Origin: Solirubrobacterales bacterium
GTDB taxonomy: Bacteria; Actinomycetota; Thermoleophilia; Solirubrobacterales; JACPNS01
Length of the DNA stretch: 43,640 nt
NCBI GenBank assembly: GCA_049608465.1
Contig: JBMYXO010000001.1
Span: 23,609 to 67,248 of the forward strand
Reading direction: 5' to 3'
The translations under genes and the position numbers were made by a program. How positions within the stretch are numbered: the first letter of the stretch is position 1; each line of letters begins with the position of its first letter. Below the pieces are notes generated by a model that worked only from the letters and a program-made list of their open reading frames with translations, was not told the DNA's origin and did not search any database. This document shows, piece by piece, positions 26,851-37,157 of this stretch.

Positions 26851-28458
26851 CTAGTGGCGGAAGTGGCGCCGACCGGTGAAGACCATCGCAATACCGGCGT
26901 CATCACAGGCTTTGACGACCTCGGCGTCGCGTTTTGACCCGCCCGGTTGGATGATCGTGCTGACGCCGGCCTTGATGCCGACCTCTGCACCGTCGGCGAA
27001 TGGGAAGAAAGCGTCGCTCGCCATGACCGCCCCGTCGAGGTCGCCGCGGGCCTTTTTGACCGCAAGCTTCACGCTGTCGACGCGACTCATCTGGCCGGCG
27101 CCGATGCCGAGCGTCGCGAGGTCACGACCGAGCACAATCGCGTTGCTTTTCACGTGCTTGCAGACGCGCCAGGCGAAGAGCATGTCGCCCCACTGCTTCT
27201 CGGAGGGTTGGGTCTGGGTAACGATCTGCATGGCGTCGCGCGGGTCGATGTCCACGTCACGGTCCTGGAGCATCAAGCCGCCGCGTACCCCGCGGAGGTC
27301 GGGGTCGCTGATCGGCCAAAGCCGCCGTTCGCCGTTGACCAGCACGCGAAGGTTCTCCTTCTGAGCGAGGATCTCGAGCGCCTCGTCGCTGTATCCGGGC
27401 GCGAAGATCAATTCGATGAAGTGCTCGACCAGCTTGGTCGCGAGCGCCGCGTCGACTTCGCGATTGAAGACGTAGATACCACCGAACGCACTGAGTGGAT
27501 CGGTGTGGAGTGCCTTGTCATAGGCATCCTCAAGCGTGTTGCTGACGGCGATCCCGCACGGGTTGTTGTGTTTGAGGATCGCGCAGCATGGAAGCTCGAA
27601 CTCCTCGATCAGTCGGCGCCCGGCGTCGAGGTCGAGCAAGTTGTTGAACGAGAGATCCTTGCCCTGCTCCTGCCCGACCATAGACATCAGATCGGTGCGG
27701 CTGCCGACTTCCGCGTAGTACGCGGCACGCTGGTGCGGATTCTCGCCGTACGGCAGATCGATCGACTTTTCGTAGACCCTGACGAACTGGTCGGGAACGT
27801 TGCCGGTGCGTTCGTTGAACCACTGACTGATCGCGGCTTCGTACTGCGCCGTGTAGTTGAACGCGTCAACTGCGAGTGACTCGCGAGTTTCGAGGCCGAG
27901 GGTGCACGAATCTGCCGCCATCTCTTCGAGAACGGCGTCGTAGCTCTCGGGGCTGACAACGACGGCCGTGAATTTGAAGTTCTTTGCGCTCGCTCGCACA
28001 ATCGTCGGTCCACCGATGTCGATCTGCTCGAGAACTTCGGCATCGCTCACGCCGCGGCGATTCGCGTACCGCTGGAACGGATAGAGATTGACGACGACGA
28101 GATCGATCGTGCCTAGACCCTCGGCGTTGAGTTGGTCGACGTGCTCCGGCTCATCCAGCTTCGCGAGCAGGCCCGCGTGTACTGACGGGTGCAGTGTTTT
28201 GACGCGGCCGCCGAGTATCTCCGGAGATCCGGTGTATTCGGAGACTCCGGTCACCTTTACACCGTTCTCGGCGAGCTCACTTGCGGTACCGCCGGTGCTG
28301 AGGATCTCGATGCCGAGTTCTTCCAACCCCTTGGCGAAGTCGACGATTCCGCGCTTGTCGCTGACGCTGATCAGGGCGCGGCGGATGCGCACGGCACCCG
28401 GCTGCGTCACTTCCACGGACTTCCCATTGACCTTCGCTGGTTCGGCACTCTCAGGCAT
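26851..28458 (-). CDS. purH: Bifunctional AICAR transformylase / IMP cyclohydrolase
   Basis: RRALISVSDK, GGRVKTLHP, IDIGGPT, YGENPHQ, KHNNPCG, KHVKSNAIV, GAGQMSRVDS, SDAFFPF, FTGRRHFRH. Confidence 0.98.
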   Translation of the reverse strand: MPESAEPAKVNGKSVEVTQPGAVRIRRALISVSDKRGIVDFAKGLEELGIEILSTGGTASELAENGVKVTGVSEYTGSPEILGGRVKTLHPSVHAGLLAKLDEPEHVDQLNAEGLGTIDLVVVNLYPFQRYANRRGVSDAEVLEQIDIGGPTIVRASAKNFKFTAVVVSPESYDAVLEEMAADSCTLGLETRESLAVDAFNYTAQYEAAISQWFNERTGNVPDQFVRVYEKSIDLPYGENPHQRAAYYAEVGSRTDLMSMVGQEQGKDLSFNNLLDLDAGRRLIEEFELPCCAILKHNNPCGIAVSNTLEDAYDKALHTDPLSAFGGIYVFNREVDAALATKLVEHFIELIFAPGYSDEALEILAQKENLRVLVNGERRLWPISDPDLRGVRGGLMLQDRDVDIDPRDAMQIVTQTQPSEKQWGDMLFAWRVCKHVKSNAIVLGRDLATLGIGAGQMSRVDSVKLAVKKARGDLDGAVMASDAFFPFADGAEVGIKAGVSTIIQPGGSKRDAEVVKACDDAGIAMVFTGRRHFRH

Positions 28459-28468
28459 GGCGTGCAGG

Positions 28469-29071
28469 TTACCCGTTGGCCGCATCATTGGCAATTTGTG
28501 CGATCACCTCGGGAAGCAACCGGTGTTCGGTCTGATGAATTCGCCGGGAAAGCGATTCGAGGCTCTCGCCGGGCGCGATACCGATCGCCTCCTGCGCGAT
28601 CACTGGGCCGGTGTCGACGCCCTCGTCGACGTAGTGAACGGTCACACCGGTCTGGGATTCGCCGGCTTTCAGCGCCTGTTCGATCGCGCGCAGCCCAGGG
28701 TATTTGGGAAGCAGGGAGGGGTGCACATTGATGATCCGACCGTGAAACGCGGCGATGAACCCGGGACTGAGAATCTGCATGTACCCGGCGAGCACGACCA
28801 GATCGACGCTCAATGCTCGCAGGTGTCCGGCGATCGCAGCGTCACGAAGTTCGCGCGACGCAAAGTCGGTGAGCGCAAAGACTTCCGACGCGACGCCTGC
28901 GTCACCCGCGCGCTGCAGCGCCCGAGCGTGGGGCTTGTCGGACGCCACGCATACGACTTCGACGCCGAACCTGCCGTGCACCGAATCGAGAATCGCCTGT
29001 AGGTTCGAGCCCTCACCGCTCGCCAGTACGCCGATTCGCAGGACGGTGGGTTCTGAACGCAGTTTGTTCAC
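28469..29071 (-). CDS. purN: Phosphoribosylglycinamide formyltransferase
   Basis: VLASGEGSNLQAI, LAGYMQIL, INVHPSLLP, GVTVHYVDEGVDTGP. Confidence 0.97.
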   Translation of the reverse strand: MNKLRSEPTVLRIGVLASGEGSNLQAILDSVHGRFGVEVVCVASDKPHARALQRAGDAGVASEVFALTDFASRELRDAAIAGHLRALSVDLVVLAGYMQILSPGFIAAFHGRIINVHPSLLPKYPGLRAIEQALKAGESQTGVTVHYVDEGVDTGPVIAQEAIGIAPGESLESLSRRIHQTEHRLLPEVIAQIANDAANG

Positions 29072-29183
29072 GCGCCGAACGCTAGAAGATCGCAATTCGC
29101 TTCGATCGAGCGTGTGAACTGCGCGTTAAAAGTCGGTGAAGGTGGTTACCGCGGGCTGCGATCGCAGTTAGCTTGTTCGGTTC

Positions 29184-30473
29184 ATGTTGTCGACAAGCGG
29201 AAATCAGATCGGCAGGCAACGCGACGCCGGGCTCGACGGTCTGCGGGGCCTTGCAGCAGTCGCCGTACTGCTTTTCCACGTCTGGCTGTTCACCGAATCG
29301 CACACCACGACTCGGCGCGAGGGACTGCTCGACTATGTCTTGGTCGAGTTCAAGCTCGGGTTGTACTTGTTTTTCGTGCTTTCCGGGTTCTTGCTGGTCA
29401 GGCCGTTTCTTCGGGCAGCCATGAACGGCGAACAGACTCCCCGGTTCGTCGCCTACACGCGCAATCGCATTGCTCGCATCGCGCCCGCCTATTGGCTGTC
29501 GTTGGTCGGGGCAGCAGCGCTGCTGCTCGCGGCTGGCGGGTCGGCGCTCAGACACATGCCCGCGGGAGCGGACGTCTGGCAGTACATCTTCTTCGGCCAG
29601 AACTTCTCCGAGGACACGATCATGCGGCTCAATCCGGCGACGTGGTCGCTGCCGATTGAACTCGCCTTCTATCTGCTCGTCCCCGGTATCGGTTTGCTCG
29701 CAGTCGTCGCTGCTCGGCGGCTGCGCGAGTCGATCGGCGTGTCCGTCGCGACGGGTGTCGTCGCGCTGCTGATGATCATCGCCGGCCTCTACTGGAACAA
29801 GGCCACTGTGGGCGAATCGTCGGTCTATCGCTTGGCATTGCCCGGGATGCTCCCGTACTTCGCGCTGGGGATGCTGGCCGCGCTCGGCGCGGGCCTGTGG
29901 GAGCGGCGCGGCAAGGCGACGGGCGTTGTTCTCCATCTGCCGACGGCTGTCTTCGTGTGCGGGCTGTTGGTGCTTGCAGCGGCGATCTACAACTACGAGC
30001 GCAACATCTATTCAGAGACGCTGCAGGTGATTCGCGATGTTCCGGCGGCAACCGGATTCGCCTTGATCGTCGCCGGAGTGGCGATGGCGACTGACCGCTC
30101 GCGCTTCGGTCGCGCACTCTCCTGGCGGCCGCTCGTCGCGCTCGGTACGGTTTCGTACGGCGTCTACCTCTGGCACGTTCCGCTGCTGCTCGCTGGGCGC
30201 ACGGCGGGGTGGCTGCCCGACGGGATGTTGGCCGCTTCAGCGCTGGTGCTCACGATCTCGCTGGCACTCGGCGCGCTCAGCTGGCGCTTCGTCGAGAGCC
30301 CGTCGATCGCCTGGGCGCGAAGGGATCGCGCCCCAGAACGCGACGAACTGGCCGCGCATCGCGAACGCAGACCGATGCACCGCCCGGCCGCTCAGCCGGC
30401 GCTGGCCGGAACCACCACGAGCTCTTCGAGCGCGAACTTGCCGGTGGCGCGGTCGGTGTCAGCCAGCGGATAG
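29184..30473 (+). CDS. Acyltransferase-3 family membrane O-acyltransferase (OafA/YrhL-like)
   Basis: LDGLRGLAAVAVLLFH, FFVLSGFL, RIARIAPAY, WSLPIELAFY, SYGVYLWH, WRFVESP. Confidence 0.93.
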   Translation: MLSTSGNQIGRQRDAGLDGLRGLAAVAVLLFHVWLFTESHTTTRREGLLDYVLVEFKLGLYLFFVLSGFLLVRPFLRAAMNGEQTPRFVAYTRNRIARIAPAYWLSLVGAAALLLAAGGSALRHMPAGADVWQYIFFGQNFSEDTIMRLNPATWSLPIELAFYLLVPGIGLLAVVAARRLRESIGVSVATGVVALLMIIAGLYWNKATVGESSVYRLALPGMLPYFALGMLAALGAGLWERRGKATGVVLHLPTAVFVCGLLVLAAAIYNYERNIYSETLQVIRDVPAATGFALIVAGVAMATDRSRFGRALSWRPLVALGTVSYGVYLWHVPLLLAGRTAGWLPDGMLAASALVLTISLALGALSWRFVESPSIAWARRDRAPERDELAAHRERRPMHRPAAQPALAGTTTSSSSANLPVARSVSASG

Positions 30474-31924
30474 TTGCCGGAGAAGCACGCGTCACAGTGC
30501 GTCTCGCGCTCGCCCTTGATCGCTTCGTAGATGCCTTCCAGCGAGATGTACGCGAGTGAGTCGGCGCCGAGTTCCTTGGCAACCTCGTCGACAGTGCGGC
30601 CGTAGGCGACCATCTGTTCGTTGGTCGACATGTCGATGCCGTAGTGGCAGCTGTTGCGGATTGGCGGCGCGCTGATTCGCAGGTGGACCTCCTTGGCCCC
30701 GGCCTCGCGCAGCATTCCGATGATCTGGCGAGTGGTGTTGCCGCGCACGATCGAGTCGTCCACGACGATCAACCGCTGGCCACTGACGATCTCCGGCAAC
30801 GGTGTGAACTTCATCCGCAACCCGAGTTTGCGCAGCTCTTGACCGGGTTGGATGAAAGTGCGGCCGACATAGCGGTTCTTGATCAGACCGTCGTCCATCG
30901 GGATCCCACTCGCGCGGGAGAGGCCCTTGGCAGCCGGGTTGCCGCTATCTGGCACTGCTACGACCATGTCCGCCTCGACCGGTGCCTCGCGCCAGAGGAT
31001 CTGGCCCATGCGGCCGCGCGACTGCTGCACGAGCTGGCCCTCGAGGTGTGAGTCGGGGCGGGCGAAATAGATGTGCTCAAAGACGCAGAAGGCGCGACGT
31101 TCGCCGGGGCAGACGATCTGCGTCTCGATGCCTCGCTCGGTAAGAGCGATCAGCTCGCCCGGCTCCACCTCACGCAAGAACTCCGCGCCGATGATGTCGA
31201 ATGCGCTGCTCTCGGATGCGAAGCAGTAGCGCGCTTCATCGTCGCCAGGCACTTCGATCTTGCCGAGCGCAAGTGGGCGCAGACCCTGCGGATCGCGGAA
31301 GGCGACGACCATCTCCTTGTTGGCGATCACGGTGCTGAATGCGCCCTTCAACTGCGGCATCACCTCGGCGACGGCATCCTTGATCGTCGCGGCCTTGCTG
31401 TTGCTGACCATCGCGGCGATGATCTCGCTGTCGCTGGTCGAGCGAAAGGTGGTCCCGGCCTCGCGCAGCTCTGCGTGCAATTCAACTGCGTTGATCAGGT
31501 TGCCGTTGTGAGCCAAGGCGATCATGTGGTTGTCGGCGCGGTAGATCGGTTGAGTGTTCTCCCAGCCGCTCGAACCGGTCGTGGAGTAGCGAACGTGTCC
31601 GACGGCCATGTTGCCGCTCAATCCGCGCAGCTTCTCCTCGTCGAAGACCTGGCTGACCAGCCCGGTGTCGCGCAAAGTGATGATGTGAGTGCCGTCGCTC
31701 GAAGCGATTCCGGCCGACTCCTGGCCACGATGCTGCAGCGCGTAGAGCGCGAAGTAGGCGAGTCGGGCTACGTCGAGTTCAGGCGCATAAATTCCGAAAA
31801 CGCCGCATTCGTCGCGTGGGCCGTCGCGATCGTCGAAAAAATCGTCGCCCAAGCCATCATTGGCGAGGACTGATTCTTTCCGATCCTCGGCCGCGCGGTC
31901 AGTGGTCCGCTGCTGTGAGTTCAA
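30392..31924 (-). CDS. purF: Amidophosphoribosyltransferase
   Basis: Propeptide then ECGVFG; LQHRGQESAG, GHVRYST, CVFEHIYFARPDS, VDDSIVRGNT; Fe-S ligands CHYGID and CDACF. The TTG start overlaps the purL stop and is uncertain. Confidence 0.97.
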   Translation of the reverse strand: MNSQQRTTDRAAEDRKESVLANDGLGDDFFDDRDGPRDECGVFGIYAPELDVARLAYFALYALQHRGQESAGIASSDGTHIITLRDTGLVSQVFDEEKLRGLSGNMAVGHVRYSTTGSSGWENTQPIYRADNHMIALAHNGNLINAVELHAELREAGTTFRSTSDSEIIAAMVSNSKAATIKDAVAEVMPQLKGAFSTVIANKEMVVAFRDPQGLRPLALGKIEVPGDDEARYCFASESSAFDIIGAEFLREVEPGELIALTERGIETQIVCPGERRAFCVFEHIYFARPDSHLEGQLVQQSRGRMGQILWREAPVEADMVVAVPDSGNPAAKGLSRASGIPMDDGLIKNRYVGRTFIQPGQELRKLGLRMKFTPLPEIVSGQRLIVVDDSIVRGNTTRQIIGMLREAGAKEVHLRISAPPIRNSCHYGIDMSTNEQMVAYGRTVDEVAKELGADSLAYISLEGIYEAIKGERETHCDACFSGNYPLADTDRATGKFALEELVVVPASAG

Positions 31925-34269
31925 GAAGAGACTCGATCCGCCAGCGCTACTCGGCTCTCGATCGCCGAGCCATGAATGCGCTGGATATTGCCTACATCCA
32001 GTGAGACTTCATCCAGAGTACCAACGGGCGCGGAGATCGTCAGGCGTTCGCCGACGGCGGTACCCAATGCTAGGAATCCGACGTTCTTGGCCTCGTTCGA
32101 CAACTGCAACAGCGATTCGCGCGTGCCGGCCACGACGATTCCGCCCGGGCCCTCGCCGAACAACGCCGTTTCGACGTGCTGCGCCGGATCTGCGTCGGGG
32201 TAGGCGCGCCGCATCCGTTCGACCAATGGCGCGACATCGATCTCCGCACCGGTACCGCCGAGCGCGCATTCTGCGAGCGCGGTCGCCAAACCGCCCTCGG
32301 AAACATCGCGCGCGACCTGAACGTTGCCACGGCGAACCGCGTCGCGCAGAATTGTCAGCGCTTCAGCATGCTTGGCGAGGTCAAGGTCAGGAAGCTTGGT
32401 CGGCAATTCATCGCCGATCAATTTCGCCAGTTCGCTGGCCGAGAGCGTCGGCTCGAACGGGCCGAGCAGACCGATCATCAGCGGCTCGTCGTCGGCGTCG
32501 CGCTCGAAGAACTTGTTGACCGCAACTGTCGATGGATCGGGCAGTCCGCCCACGATGCCGACGACAGGCGTCGGATAGATCGGGCCGTCGGCGGACTGGT
32601 TGTACAACGAGACGTTGCCACCGACGACCGGTAGGTCGAGCGCGCGGCAGGCGTCGCGCATGCCCTTGACGGATTCGGTCAGCTGCCAGGCGATGTGGGG
32701 CTTCTCGGGATTGCCGAAGTTGAGGCAGTTCGTCAAGCCGAGCGGTTCGCCGCCCACGCAGGCGATGTTCGCCGCGCACTCGAGCACCACGCCGATCGTT
32801 CCGCGATACGGGTCCGATGCAACCTTTCGCCCGGACCCATCGATCGAGACTGCGATGCTCGGTCCGTCGATCGGGGCGCCGTTTCCGTCCTGCTTCCAGA
32901 GGTGGAGCACGGCCGCCTCAGCCTCTTCGGGTCGCTTGGTCGTACGCGAACCGACGATGCAGTCGTAGCGCTCGAAGTAGCGGCGACGCGACGCGATGTT
33001 GTCGCTGGCCAGCAGTGCCAGTAGGCGAGCATTGGCGTCATCGGTGTTGATCGCCGCCTGCATCGCGTCGGCCGCGGGACCGGTCACCTTCGGCGCCGGA
33101 TAGATCTGTTCGGCCGGTTGTTCGGGCTGGAGCGTGTAGACCGGGCAATCGTCGACCAGCGCGGGTACTGGCATGTCGCCGACCAATTCGCCGTCGTCGT
33201 AGATCCTCATATGCCGCGTGTCGGTCACCTCGCCGATCACCGCGTGATGCAGGTCCCACTTGTCGCAGACGGCGAGCACCGCGTCGAGACGCTCGGGGGT
33301 GACGACGCAGAGCATCCGCTCCTGTGATTCGCTGACCATGATTTCGAACGGCTCCATGCCCTGTTCGCGCAGGGGCACGCGATCGACATGAATGTCGAGG
33401 CCAACTTCGCCCTTGCTTGCCATCTCGCTGGAGGCACTGGTCAGACCCGCCGCACCGAGGTCTTGCAGGCTCGCGAGCAGCTCGCCGCCCAGCAGCTCCA
33501 AGCAGCACTCAACCAGCTTCGACTCCTCGAAAGGGTCACCGACCTGCACGGTCGGACGCTTGTCATCGTCTCCGTCGCCGAGTTCGGCGCTGGCCAACAC
33601 CGATGCGCCGCCGATTCCGTCGCGTCCGGTCGACGCACCGAAAAGCACGAGGTGATTTCCCACGCCCGCCGCCGCGCTCTTGATCAGCTGGTCGATGGGT
33701 GCGAGACCCAGCGCCATCGCGTTGACCAGGCAGTTCTGTTCGTATGGACCCTCGAAGTAGATCTCGCCGCCGATCGTCGGCACGCCGATCGAGTTGCCGT
33801 AGTGGCCGATTCCAGCGACGGCGCGATCGGCGAGGAAGCGAGATCGGGCCGATGACAGCTCTCCGAAGCGGAGTGAGTCGAGCACCGCGATCGGCCGTGC
33901 TCCGACGGCGAAGATGTCGCGCAGGATGCCGCCCACGCCGGTCGCTGCTCCCTGGAACGGCTCGACGGCACTGGGATGGTTGTGGCTCTCGACCTTGAAC
34001 GCGATCGCCAAACCGTCGCCGACCGTGACGGCACCGGCGTTCTCACCCGGACCCATGAGCAAGTGCGGCCCCTCGGTCGGTAGTTGTCCGAGGATCTTCT
34101 TCGAGTGCTTGTACGAGCAATGCTCGCTCCACATCAAGCTGAACATCGCCAACTCGGTGGCGTTCGGCTCGCGGCCCAGTTTCTCGACGATCAGCTCGAA
34201 TTCCGCATCGGTCAGGCCCAATGCCCGGTGCGGTGGCTGTGCCAAGTCGGGCTGGCTTGCGGTCGTCAT
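31921..34269 (-). CDS. purL: FGAM synthase, small-type PurL subunit
   Basis: MWSEHCSYK, KVESHNHPS, GAATGVGGILRD, QDLGAAGL, SESQERM, NCLNFGNP, GGNVSLYN. Confidence 0.98.
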   Translation of the reverse strand: MTTASQPDLAQPPHRALGLTDAEFELIVEKLGREPNATELAMFSLMWSEHCSYKHSKKILGQLPTEGPHLLMGPGENAGAVTVGDGLAIAFKVESHNHPSAVEPFQGAATGVGGILRDIFAVGARPIAVLDSLRFGELSSARSRFLADRAVAGIGHYGNSIGVPTIGGEIYFEGPYEQNCLVNAMALGLAPIDQLIKSAAAGVGNHLVLFGASTGRDGIGGASVLASAELGDGDDDKRPTVQVGDPFEESKLVECCLELLGGELLASLQDLGAAGLTSASSEMASKGEVGLDIHVDRVPLREQGMEPFEIMVSESQERMLCVVTPERLDAVLAVCDKWDLHHAVIGEVTDTRHMRIYDDGELVGDMPVPALVDDCPVYTLQPEQPAEQIYPAPKVTGPAADAMQAAINTDDANARLLALLASDNIASRRRYFERYDCIVGSRTTKRPEEAEAAVLHLWKQDGNGAPIDGPSIAVSIDGSGRKVASDPYRGTIGVVLECAANIACVGGEPLGLTNCLNFGNPEKPHIAWQLTESVKGMRDACRALDLPVVGGNVSLYNQSADGPIYPTPVVGIVGGLPDPSTVAVNKFFERDADDEPLMIGLLGPFEPTLSASELAKLIGDELPTKLPDLDLAKHAEALTILRDAVRRGNVQVARDVSEGGLATALAECALGGTGAEIDVAPLVERMRRAYPDADPAQHVETALFGEGPGGIVVAGTRESLLQLSNEAKNVGFLALGTAVGERLTISAPVGTLDEVSLDVGNIQRIHGSAIESRVALADRVSS

Positions 34270-34961
34270 GTCATGTCTCCGCTGCCGAGCGCCATCGGGG
34301 CGGCGCTGGCGAGGGAGTGAAACAGCTTGAGGCCGTCGTCGCTGCCGGTCAATGGGTCCACAGCGTGCTCGGGGTGCGGCATCAGGCCGAAAACGTTGCG
34401 GCCCTCGTTGCAGACTCCCGCGATGTCGTTGAGCGAACCGTTGAAGTTGTGACCCTCTGCGTAGCGCAGCAACACCTGCCCGTTCGACTCGATGCTTTCG
34501 AGAATCTCCGGCGGCGCGAAGTAGCGGCCGGTCGTGTGCTTTGCAGGTATCGAGAGCGTCTCTCCGGGCGCGCATTCGTGGGTGAACGGCGTTTCCGTGT
34601 TCTCGACGGTCAGGTCAACCTGTCGGCAGGTGAACGAAAGATTGAGGTTCGGCAGCAGCGCACCCGGCAGCAGTCCTGCCTCGGTCAGAACTTGAAAGCC
34701 GTTGCAGATTCCGAGCACAAGACCGCCTTCGGCCGCATGTTCGGCCACGGCCTGCATCACGGGCGAGAACGGGGGAATCGCGCCGACACGCAGGTAGTCG
34801 CCGTAACTGAAACCACCGGGCACGATCACGACGTCAACGCCCTTCAGGTCTTTGTCCTTGTGCCAGAGCAACTCTGCATCGCCGACGCGATTCGCGGCGA
34901 GCAAAGTGTCGACCTCGTCGCAAGAGCCGGGAAACTGCGGGATGCCGAAGCGGGTGGCCAC
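34266..34961 (-). CDS. purQ: FGAM synthase glutaminase subunit
   Basis: FPGSCD, PGGFSYGDYLR, GICNGFQ, GLMPHPEH. Confidence 0.97.
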   Translation of the reverse strand: MATRFGIPQFPGSCDEVDTLLAANRVGDAELLWHKDKDLKGVDVVIVPGGFSYGDYLRVGAIPPFSPVMQAVAEHAAEGGLVLGICNGFQVLTEAGLLPGALLPNLNLSFTCRQVDLTVENTETPFTHECAPGETLSIPAKHTTGRYFAPPEILESIESNGQVLLRYAEGHNFNGSLNDIAGVCNEGRNVFGLMPHPEHAVDPLTGSDDGLKLFHSLASAAPMALGSGDMT

Positions 34962-34980
34962 TGTGTCTCCTCGAAACCGG

Positions 34981-35229
34981 CTAATTGCCGGTGACGATCT
35001 CCGTGCCCGTAAGAATCTGGTAGTCCTCGATCAGCGGATTGGCGAGCAACTTCTCGCACATCGATTCGAGTTGGGCGGTGTCCTCGATCTCGAGCTCAAC
35101 CAGTCGCCCGACGTGGACGTGGCTGACGCCCGAAAATCCGAGCGCCGGGAGCGCGTCCTCGACGGCCTGGCCCTGCGGGTCGAGGATGCCCTCTTTGGGT
35201 CGAATAAGAACGGTGGCTTTGACCGACAC
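34981..35229 (-). CDS. purS: FGAM synthase PurS subunit
   Basis: ILDPQGQAV and MCEKLLANPLIEDY; RBS AGAGGAG before the GTG start. Confidence 0.97.
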   Translation of the reverse strand: MSVKATVLIRPKEGILDPQGQAVEDALPALGFSGVSHVHVGRLVELEIEDTAQLESMCEKLLANPLIEDYQILTGTEIVTGN

Positions 35230-35396
35230 GGGCGGACTCCTCTTTTTTCAGCGATCAGAAACTGCGCAGCGGCGAAGAGAATGGAGCGTATCGAGGGCGC
35301 AAGCGGCGTTTTCCCGCTGTTCATGCAGGTTTTCAGCAATTTGCGGGATTCGCGCAGGACTGGCGAATCCGCCGCACGCCGGTTACCCTCGGTTGC

Positions 35397-37157
35397 ATGC
35401 CTAAACGAATTTTTCTGATCGCGGCGCTGGCTGCCGCCGCACTCACGCTCCCGGCGACCGCTCAGGCCGCAGACTTCTGTGTCGGCTCGCAGCCGGTCGT
35501 GTGTGACCAGCTCTTCGTTGCGGACATGAATGGCCTCGCAAGTGCGATTACCGCCGCAAACGCGAACCCACTCGACGCGGATCGAATCTTCATGGCCTCG
35601 GAGGAGTACACGATCGACACCGGAGCCTCCTTTACTGTCACTGGTCCGACCGAAATCATCGGTGCTGGCGTCGGCGAGACGGAATTCTTGGCGGATGAGA
35701 GCCACGAGACTTACCTCGAGTTTGACTTTGCCGATCCGACGAGCAGCATCAGAAGTTTCAGCTTGAATGTCAGCGGATCCCCAGCTGAAAGCACCGGGCT
35801 CAACATCCAGTCCGGCCAGTTCTCGGACTTCGAGGTGGATGATCAATCCGCCGGTACGGCAGACAACTTCACCGCCCTCGCCATTGGCAACGGCGCAACT
35901 GCCAGCGACTTCGAACTCAAGTTGACGTCCGAAGGGATCGGGGTTTCCGCGAAGTACGGCCCAGCCACGATCGACCGGGCAACGATTCTCGGCGCAGGGC
36001 TCGCCGACGCGACCGGGATTGACGTCGACAACGATGCAAATGACGAGGTGAAAGTCACGCGGAGCGTTTTCCGCGATCTGGGCACAGCCTTGCGGGCACG
36101 CTCGGGAAAGCTGGTCGCCACCGACACACTTGTCGATCTCGAAACGATCGACCTCGCCTACGCGTTCAATCTATTTGACGACACCGGTGACGACTCCGAA
36201 ATCGATGTCGCACTTGAGAGGGTGACTGTTTACGGCAATGCGACCACTCAACGCGCGGTTTTCTTCGGCGCGGACGGTTTCGGCACCAAAGAGTTCGACG
36301 GGACCATCACTGATTCCGTGTTTGAATTCGCTGGATCTAATCCCAATCCGTTGCAGTGTGTGCAGGGCAGCGGCTTCGCCGTCGACATGTCGTTGAGCCA
36401 CGTCGCCTACGACGTCGATGAGTCGGAAGTCGGCTCGGGCTGCGCAGTCCCCTCATTGAACGTGATCGACCTCGGCGGCGAACCGTCGCAGTTTGAAAAC
36501 GCTGCAGCCGACGATTTCACACCCGCCGCAGGATCATTGTTGATCGATGGTGGTTCGGATGGATCGACCCTTCCGGGCTCGGCGCTTGACTTGGACGAAA
36601 AACCTCGCCTGACCGACGGCAACGGCGACTGCACCGCGAAGATCGACCCCGGCGCGTTCGAGTTTCAGCCAGCGGTTCTGGCCCCCGCCAGTTGTCTTCC
36701 GCCGCCCTACGTACCGCCCGCGCCACCACCCGTTCCGCTGCCTCTTCCGGTGGCCCCCGTGACTCCGAGCGCAACAGCCAAGCTGACCACTCGGGCGCGA
36801 AAGGCCTTCCGCCGTTCGCGTAGCGGTTTCCGCAAGCGCACCAACCCGCGCGCGACCTCATTCGGCATCACCTACAGAAACGCGCAGATCGCCCGCTTCG
36901 AACTCCAGAAGGCCGGACGCGGTCGGAAGAAGGGCTCGCGTTGTGTGCGTGGCAGCCGCGGCAAGCGCTGCACCTACTACAAGAAGCTCCGTGGCATTCA
37001 ACGCCAGGACGTCTACGACGGCGAGATCTTCTACCAGTTCGGCGGCAGGTTCGGCGGTCGCAAACTCAAGCGCGGTAACTACCGTGTCAAGGTAACTCCA
37101 TTCGGCCAGGGTGCCGTCCGGGGAAAGCCGATCTACATCAAGTTCAAGCTCAGGTAG
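35397..37157 (+). CDS. Secreted acidic beta-helix protein (choice-of-anchor-Q-like end) with a very basic C-terminal domain
   Basis: Signal peptide ...TLPATAQA; D/E-rich beta-helix-like body; DFTPAAGSLLIDGG...DLDEKPR...DPGAFE; Pro linker; K/R-rich tail with two Cys. Confidence 0.88.
   Translation: MPKRIFLIAALAAAALTLPATAQAADFCVGSQPVVCDQLFVADMNGLASAITAANANPLDADRIFMASEEYTIDTGASFTVTGPTEIIGAGVGETEFLADESHETYLEFDFADPTSSIRSFSLNVSGSPAESTGLNIQSGQFSDFEVDDQSAGTADNFTALAIGNGATASDFELKLTSEGIGVSAKYGPATIDRATILGAGLADATGIDVDNDANDEVKVTRSVFRDLGTALRARSGKLVATDTLVDLETIDLAYAFNLFDDTGDDSEIDVALERVTVYGNATTQRAVFFGADGFGTKEFDGTITDSVFEFAGSNPNPLQCVQGSGFAVDMSLSHVAYDVDESEVGSGCAVPSLNVIDLGGEPSQFENAAADDFTPAAGSLLIDGGSDGSTLPGSALDLDEKPRLTDGNGDCTAKIDPGAFEFQPAVLAPASCLPPPYVPPAPPPVPLPLPVAPVTPSATAKLTTRARKAFRRSRSGFRKRTNPRATSFGITYRNAQIARFELQKAGRGRKKGSRCVRGSRGKRCTYYKKLRGIQRQDVYDGEIFYQFGGRFGGRKLKRGNYRVKVTPFGQGAVRGKPIYIKFKLR

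Noticed and set aside
35230-35396. ZTP or purine riboswitch upstream of purS (purN and purC upstream regions also checked)
   Set aside because: No recognisable aptamer consensus; purC appears leaderless.
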